DNA from: an uncultured Bacteroidales bacterium
GTDB taxonomy: Bacteria > Bacteroidota > Bacteroidia > Bacteroidales > Bacteroidaceae
Length of the DNA: 64,000 nucleotides
NCBI GenBank assembly: GCA_902800305.1
Contig: CADCDP010000009.1
Coordinates: 61,734 to 125,733 of the forward strand
Direction: 5' to 3'
The notes beneath the pieces are model-generated. The model searched no databases. It had not been told where the DNA came from and saw nothing but the letters and a program-made list of their open reading frames with translations. This document shows positions 58,891 through 64,000 of this stretch, piece after piece. The position numbers and the translations under genes were made by a program. Every line of letters starts with the position of its first letter. Position 1 is the stretch's first letter.

Positions 58891-59631
58891 GTGTACAAGC
58901 AAGAGCAGATAAAGCCTTACGGCGAAGAAGGGACGAAACGTGAGCAAGTGGAGCAGATGTTTGACAACATCGCCCATTCTTACGACACACTGAACCATAC
59001 CCTCAGTTTTGGCGTTGACCGCATCTGGCGCAAGGCTGCCATCGACTATCTACTCAAGAACAGAACCAGCACGGATAGCGTACTCGACATTGCCACAGGC
59101 ACTGGCGATTTTGCTATCCTTGCTTGCCAAAAGCTGCATCCTCAACATATTGTGGGGTGTGACATCAGCGAGGGGATGATGCAGATAGGCAGGGAGAAAG
59201 TGGAGAAACTGGGACTTTCCGACACAATCACATTTCAGAATGAAGATTGTGCGAAGATGTCCTTTGAAACAAATTCTTTCGATGCTGTCATTTCAGCCTT
59301 TGCCTTAAGGAACTTCCAAAACCTTGACGAGTGCCTGAAGGAGATGCACCGAGTGCTGAAAGAAGACGGACATTTGTCGGTTGTGGATCTCTGCACACCT
59401 GTTTCGTTCCCCATGAAGCAGCTTTTCTATATATATAAAAAGGTGGTGATGCCTGTGTTGGGAAAACTCTTCTCGAAGGACAACACCGCTTATTCCTATC
59501 TGCCCGAGACGATGGATGCCGTGCCCCAAGCGGAACGCATGCAAAGCATCATCCAGCATGCAGGATTCCACAACGTGAACTTCAAACGCCTTGCCTTCGG
59601 CATGTGCATCCTTTATACCGCAGAAAAATAA
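58891..59631 (+). CDS. ubiE: Demethylmenaquinone / ubiquinone-family C-methyltransferase
   Basis: 246 aa with a GTG start. [18 protein letters not shown] and SAM motif [12 protein letters not shown]. Confidence 0.9.
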   Translation: MYKQEQIKPYGEEGTKREQVEQMFDNIAHSYDTLNHTLSFGVDRIWRKAAIDYLLKNRTSTDSVLDIATGTGDFAILACQKLHPQHIVGCDISEGMMQIGREKVEKLGLSDTITFQNEDCAKMSFETNSFDAVISAFALRNFQNLDECLKEMHRVLKEDGHLSVVDLCTPVSFPMKQLFYIYKKVVMPVLGKLFSKDNTAYSYLPETMDAVPQAERMQSIIQHAGFHNVNFKRLAFGMCILYTAEK

Positions 59632-59638
59632 TGGAGAC

Positions 59639-60883
59639 ATGAGCGAACCGAATGAGACACACCACATGGGGCGCCGATGTCAGAAGAAGAACTACCGTTG
59701 GCCTGGTACTTACCACATCACCATGAATGTGGCAGAACGGCAATGGCAACCGTTGGGACAGGTGGTCGGAAATCTTGACAAGCCTGATGACTCACCTGAT
59801 GCACCAAGGGTGAAACTGACAATCATCGGAAAGATGGTGGAAGAAGAATTGACGAAAAGCATTACGGCACACTATCCTATGATTGAGGTACAGGATTATG
59901 TGGTGATGCCTGAACATTTACACTTCATCCTCATGGTGCACAACAGCATCATCAGTCGAAATGGAAGAGAGACCCACCTTGGGCAAGTCATCGCAGGCTT
60001 CAAAAAAGGCTGCAATCGTCGCTATTGGGAAATGACTGGCATGGCGGCCAATGAGCAGCAGGGCAAACCTGCTGACGCAAGCAACAAGCCCCAATGCAGC
60101 GACGCAAGCAGCAACCAAGAAAGCACAAGCCCCTTGCGCCATGCGGTTCACCCGCATGGGTTCAAAGTTCCCTCCTCAGGCACCACCAACCGTCCGCCCC
60201 TTTTCGCCTACGGTTATGTCGACGTGATGCCGCTACAACCAGGCCAACTTGAAACCCAGCGCCGCTACATCCACAACAACCCGCGCAGTCGCCTCATGCG
60301 CACCGGCAAACGCAACCTGCAAAGCCCACAACGAGGTGATATCAATACCGCCCTCAAGCTCCCAGCTCTGAAAGGCTATCTGCAACGCGAATGCGGCACA
60401 TCCCTCTTTGATGAAGACAAATGGGAAAGCATCCAAAAGCGGCTGCTCATTAACGATGGCATGGTGACCTGCGACAGTTATGGTAACCGTCAATTGTTGC
60501 AATGCCACCTGCTTCCTGTGGTGTGCCATCGCAAGGACAAAGCCTCCTTCACCCAACAAAAACAGCGATGCCTTACAGCTGCATCAGAAGGAGCCATTCT
60601 CGTCTCTGCCCGCATAGCTAAAGGCGAACAAGAAATTATTGACACAGCCATCCAACAAGGATTCCCTGTCATCACTATAGAAGACAACGGATTACCAGAA
60701 CGATACCACCCCTCGGAGCGACGCATAGACCTATGTGCCACTAACAAACTGCTCATCGTCACCCCGTGGCGTTACATTTATCGACATACCCACGAACCCA
60801 TCTCTGTGGCTGAATGCAAGACTATGAATTGCATTGTCCAAGCTTTGTGCCGCACAAAAGACTCTTGGTGGAAAACAAAATAA
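59639..60883 (+). CDS. RAYT-like HUH/Y1 (IS200-like) transposase domain fused to an uncharacterised C-terminal domain of about 170 aa
   Basis: Start taken at MSEPNETHH (59639). GTYHITMNV, the HUH motif VVMPEHLHFILMV, and the Tyr motif RRYIHNNPRSRL are present. A low-complexity insert lies between the HUH and Tyr motifs. I did not recognise the C-terminal domain. Confidence 0.65.
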   Translation: MSEPNETHHMGRRCQKKNYRWPGTYHITMNVAERQWQPLGQVVGNLDKPDDSPDAPRVKLTIIGKMVEEELTKSITAHYPMIEVQDYVVMPEHLHFILMVHNSIISRNGRETHLGQVIAGFKKGCNRRYWEMTGMAANEQQGKPADASNKPQCSDASSNQESTSPLRHAVHPHGFKVPSSGTTNRPPLFAYGYVDVMPLQPGQLETQRRYIHNNPRSRLMRTGKRNLQSPQRGDINTALKLPALKGYLQRECGTSLFDEDKWESIQKRLLINDGMVTCDSYGNRQLLQCHLLPVVCHRKDKASFTQQKQRCLTAASEGAILVSARIAKGEQEIIDTAIQQGFPVITIEDNGLPERYHPSERRIDLCATNKLLIVTPWRYIYRHTHEPISVAECKTMNCIVQALCRTKDSWWKTK

Positions 60884-60906
60884 AACACCATAAATAAAAA
60901 CCTATT

Positions 60907-62010
60907 ATGATTAAAAGACTATTTTTACTAAAACACATTATCGCAGCATTGCTGCTCACAGCCAACTGTATCACCTATGCAGCCGTGCCTGACAGCATTC
61001 GTAAGAACTTGGAAGATTTCAAAGCAGTTATCCATCTGGCTGAGCACGACTACGCTCCATTCAAATTCAAAGTGACGAATAAGAACAAGAAAGAGTACAA
61101 TGCTTTGAAGAAACGGCTTGTGAAAGACCTTACGAAAGGCAGACGGACTTGGCAGGATGCTGTTTGTGCATACGTGGGATGGTTTGGAGATTTTCACTTT
61201 GGTGTCTATGGCAATGATGATATCACGGCTAACTATTTTAAATATACAAGAAAACGTATCGACTACCGTGAGTTGATAGAGCATTACGACCCAAAGATGT
61301 TGTCATACAAGATTAACAAGGATACATATCTCATCCGTTTCCCATCATGCAACGGAACTCAGGAATTGGCAGAGAGATTCGTACAGGAATACAAAGCTTC
61401 GGGATGCCCAAATCTTATCATTGACATCCGTGGGAATTTGGGCGGACAGGACGAGAGTTTTGAACCATTACTGAAATTGCTGTATGATTATCCCGAAGGA
61501 AAGCGAGATGGCGTCGTATTTCGCTATACTAAGGCATCTATTGAACGATCCGAGTGGACAATAGAGGACTTGGAAGACTTAGGCTATCCGACAGACATTG
61601 AACACGCTCCCGAATATGTCGTCAAAATAGCAGACGGTTCTCCTTTGACGTTCGATACCATCTATGAATACCCAAAGAAAGCGGCACTCATCATCGACAA
61701 TATGGTTGCCAGTTCTGGCGAACAAGCGGTCTTGAACACCAGATTGGCCAGTCACCGTACTACGATTTATGGACGCGACAATACGATGGGTTGCATTGAT
61801 ACTGGTAATTGTTGCGTTTACGAGTCTGCCCGCAAACCGCTCATAATACAATATCCGACAACCTATTCCACGCGCTATGAGAAAGGTACTACTGTTGACC
61901 TCACAGGCATAATCCCAGATGTTCGCATAACCTTAACTTATCCCAATCGCCTCACCAACAACATCGACGAGTGGGTGCTGTGGGTGGCAGATGATTTGAA
62001 GAAACAATAA
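60907..62010 (+). CDS. Secreted S41-family peptidase-like protein
   Basis: 367 aa. Signal peptide. IIDIRGNLGGQDESF and ALIIDNMVASSGEQAVL resemble S41 core blocks. Confidence 0.7.
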   Translation: MIKRLFLLKHIIAALLLTANCITYAAVPDSIRKNLEDFKAVIHLAEHDYAPFKFKVTNKNKKEYNALKKRLVKDLTKGRRTWQDAVCAYVGWFGDFHFGVYGNDDITANYFKYTRKRIDYRELIEHYDPKMLSYKINKDTYLIRFPSCNGTQELAERFVQEYKASGCPNLIIDIRGNLGGQDESFEPLLKLLYDYPEGKRDGVVFRYTKASIERSEWTIEDLEDLGYPTDIEHAPEYVVKIADGSPLTFDTIYEYPKKAALIIDNMVASSGEQAVLNTRLASHRTTIYGRDNTMGCIDTGNCCVYESARKPLIIQYPTTYSTRYEKGTTVDLTGIIPDVRITLTYPNRLTNNIDEWVLWVADDLKKQ

Positions 62011-62027
62011 AAAAAACTAAAAGAAAC

Positions 62028-62762
62028 ATGAACACATACGGACTCATTGGATATCCCCTGGGACATTCGTTCTCTCGCAAGTTCTTCACGGAGAAATTCG
62101 AGAAGGAGGGGATTGACGCACAGTATCTGAACTTTGAAATTCCAAGCATAGAGGACTTTCCCAACATCATCCAGAGCCATCCCAACCTTCGAGGGCTGAA
62201 TGTCACCATCCCCTACAAGCAGCAGGTGATGCAGTATCTGGATGAGATAAGCCCCGAAGCGAAAGCGATTGGGGCAGTGAATGTCATAAAGATAGCCCCC
62301 CTTTGGAAGTTGGGGGGCTACAACAGCGATGTCATCGGTTTTGTCAACAGCATCCGACCCCTCCTGAAGCCTCATCATCGGAAAGCCCTCATCCTCGGAA
62401 CGGGTGGTGCATCGAAGGCCATCCACTACGGATTGAGAGAGAAGTTGGGGATGGATACGCTCTTCGTCAGTCGAACAGGGCGGGAAGGCATTATCACGTA
62501 TGACGATGTGACTGCCGAGGTACTGAAAGAGTACACCATCATCGTCAACTGTTCTCCCGTCGGTATGTACCCCCACGTGGACGAGTGTCCCACCCTGCCC
62601 TACGAAGCCATGACTGAGCGTCACCTCCTCTACGACCTCGTTTATAATCCCGAAGAAACGCTCTTCATGAAGAAAGGTGCCACATACGGAGCCACCGTAA
62701 AGAACGGCCTCGAAATGCTCCATCTGCAAGCTTTGGCTGCTTGGGAGATATGGAACTTTTAG
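62028..62762 (+). CDS. aroE: Shikimate dehydrogenase
   Basis: 244 aa. YGLIGYPLGHSFS, GLNVTIPYK, GAVNV and ILGTGGASKA motifs. Confidence 0.9.
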   Translation: MNTYGLIGYPLGHSFSRKFFTEKFEKEGIDAQYLNFEIPSIEDFPNIIQSHPNLRGLNVTIPYKQQVMQYLDEISPEAKAIGAVNVIKIAPLWKLGGYNSDVIGFVNSIRPLLKPHHRKALILGTGGASKAIHYGLREKLGMDTLFVSRTGREGIITYDDVTAEVLKEYTIIVNCSPVGMYPHVDECPTLPYEAMTERHLLYDLVYNPEETLFMKKGATYGATVKNGLEMLHLQALAAWEIWNF

Positions 62763-62793
62763 TAAAGGCATTTTTACGCTTCGCGTGACGAAA

Positions 62794-62868
62794 GAAAAAC
62801 AGGTAAAAACAGATAAAAACAATTAAAAATAAGTCTTTCTTGTTTTTTCTGTTTTTACCTGTTTTTTC
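62794..62868. terminator. Near-perfect 27-bp inverted repeat (A-rich/T-rich arms) between the convergent aroE and downstream genes. It belongs to a dispersed repeat family.
   Basis: gaaaaacaggtaaaaacagataaaaac pairs with gttttttctgtttttacctgttttttc, including a 19-nt perfect core. Related copies lie at 2484-2545 and 3691-3731. Confidence 0.55.
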
Positions 62869-62934
62869 TTCGTCCGCCAAAGGCGTATAAACTACCGAAA
62901 GTCAGCTAAAGTTTACAAATCAATCTTCTTCATC

Positions 62935-64000
62935 TTAGTCGGAATCAGTCACGCTTGGGTTCCATTCCGTCCGTTGACTCACGCCGTCGCCATCCTTGTA
63001 GATGGTGTAGCTATCCAGCGTCTTGGTGCCCTCCACATCGACCGCTGCATAGTGCAAGTTCTTGATGGTATTGCCGTCTTTCTCGCCCGAGACAAGGATG
63101 CCCGCCTGACTCTTCTTGCCGTTGTTGGTGAATTCCATAATCCACGACATCGTGAACAAGTTGTCACTACCAGCCACGTATGCTTTACGGCCAGCATCTT
63201 TGTACGCAGGAGCACCAGCCACACCATTCTGCAAAACGTAGTAATTGAAGTACACATAGCCATCCCCTGATGCGCTGAACATGAACACCAAGCCTAGGTC
63301 ACCCGTCGGCAGGTCATCCTCGTCGAAATCGGATGTGGCCATCAGCTTGATGGGCGAAGCCTCATAGACACCCATGATGGATGGAGCGGATGTGCCACGA
63401 TGGATGGGCATACCAACTTCTTCCAATGCGGTCAGCACTTTCTCGTCTGGCAACTCGGCTTTTTCCGTCGAACCATACAATCCATTGTCAGCAGGTTGTA
63501 TCACGGTGATGCGGCGAGTCAACGTCGTGCCATCAGGTTTCTTGCCCGTCAGATAGATATAGCCCACACGCTCTTTGTCCGTTCTGTTCCTTTCGAATAT
63601 GACACAAAACTCCTTTCTATCTAAATCGATGTCTTCAATCCTCAGCCACTCGTCGCTGGTAATCGTCACATCTGAAAGATTGGTCACATAATCTATCCAC
63701 ACGTTGTACCAATCGTCCCCCACGTTAATCACGTCATATTCAGGTTCAAGCAGCCAAACTCCTTCTGGCAGAGCCAATTTGATGCCCACACTCCAGTATT
63801 TCGAGTTGTCCCAATCGCCCTGAGCAGCCGTAAAGGAAGTGACTGTCTCATATTTCGAACCTATCTTCCTCTTTTCCATGAAGCTTGCCTTGAAGTTCGC
63901 AATGTAATCGTCCAACGTGTGGATGCCGCCGCTATGGCTGAACGAGACACCCGCCGTGGAAACACCCATGTAATACGTGTCTATTGTCTTCACATCATAC
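62935..64000 (-). CDS. Hypothetical protein, probably 5'-truncated by the right window edge
   Basis: The track start at 63993 is GTG and the frame stays open to position 64000. There is no signal peptide at the apparent N-terminus. No family recognised. Confidence 0.5.
   Translation of the reverse strand, partial: YDVKTIDTYYMGVSTAGVSFSHSGGIHTLDDYIANFKASFMEKRKIGSKYETVTSFTAAQGDWDNSKYWSVGIKLALPEGVWLLEPEYDVINVGDDWYNVWIDYVTNLSDVTITSDEWLRIEDIDLDRKEFCVIFERNRTDKERVGYIYLTGKKPDGTTLTRRITVIQPADNGLYGSTEKAELPDEKVLTALEEVGMPIHRGTSAPSIMGVYEASPIKLMATSDFDEDDLPTGDLGLVFMFSASGDGYVYFNYYVLQNGVAGAPAYKDAGRKAYVAGSDNLFTMSWIMEFTNNGKKSQAGILVSGEKDGNTIKNLHYAAVDVEGTKTLDSYTIYKDGDGVSQRTEWNPSVTDSD

Overview
This 64-kb window looks like chromosomal DNA from a Bacteroidota genome (Bacteroidales, Prevotella-like). 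That assignment is an inference. It rests on many TAnnTTTG -7 promoter boxes just upstream of genes, a complete MoxR-DUF58-BatABCDE aerotolerance operon, a DUF4295-L33-L28 cluster, lipoprotein signal peptides, and about 50% GC in hand-counted sample lines.

Most of the window is housekeeping:
- panC, panD
- bat operon
- HU-family genes, rimO, ftsY, rpmG, rpmB, tRNA-Arg(TCT)
- a thioredoxin-fold lipoprotein, a flavodiiron protein, pgi, gpsA, lysS
- an mscS-type channel, a HAD hydrolase, a ClpB-like gene, a TPR histidine kinase
- an AmpG/SpoIID/GT2-DUF4922 cluster
- yhhQ-queF, an SLC13 permease, phoH, purC, ubiE, aroE

One accessory block (about 19.7-30.5 kb, all on the minus strand) sits next to tRNA-Arg.
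- Its core is a visibly AT-rich three-gene operon (22301-26500), about 33% GC in a hand-counted line.
- The operon encodes a WG-repeat/ABC-type ATPase, an uncharacterised 373-aa partner and a WYL regulator.
- This is my best candidate for an undescribed defence-type system.
- Other island genes are a tandem retropepsin-like protease with a small partner, a DUF3990/DUF3791-like pair, a stand-alone vWA protein and two hypotheticals.

Non-coding structure worth noting:
- two tandem preQ1-I-like aptamers ahead of yhhQ-queF
- a 25-bp perfect inverted repeat upstream of the candidate operon
- two copies of an 84-bp triple-hairpin REP-like element
- a RAYT-like HUH gene embedded among housekeeping genes
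- several tandem and dispersed intergenic repeats

I saw no rRNA, CRISPR array, integrase or IS element. Many long ORFs in the supplied track are antisense shadows of real genes and were rejected. All protein-family calls come from motifs read by eye, with no database search.
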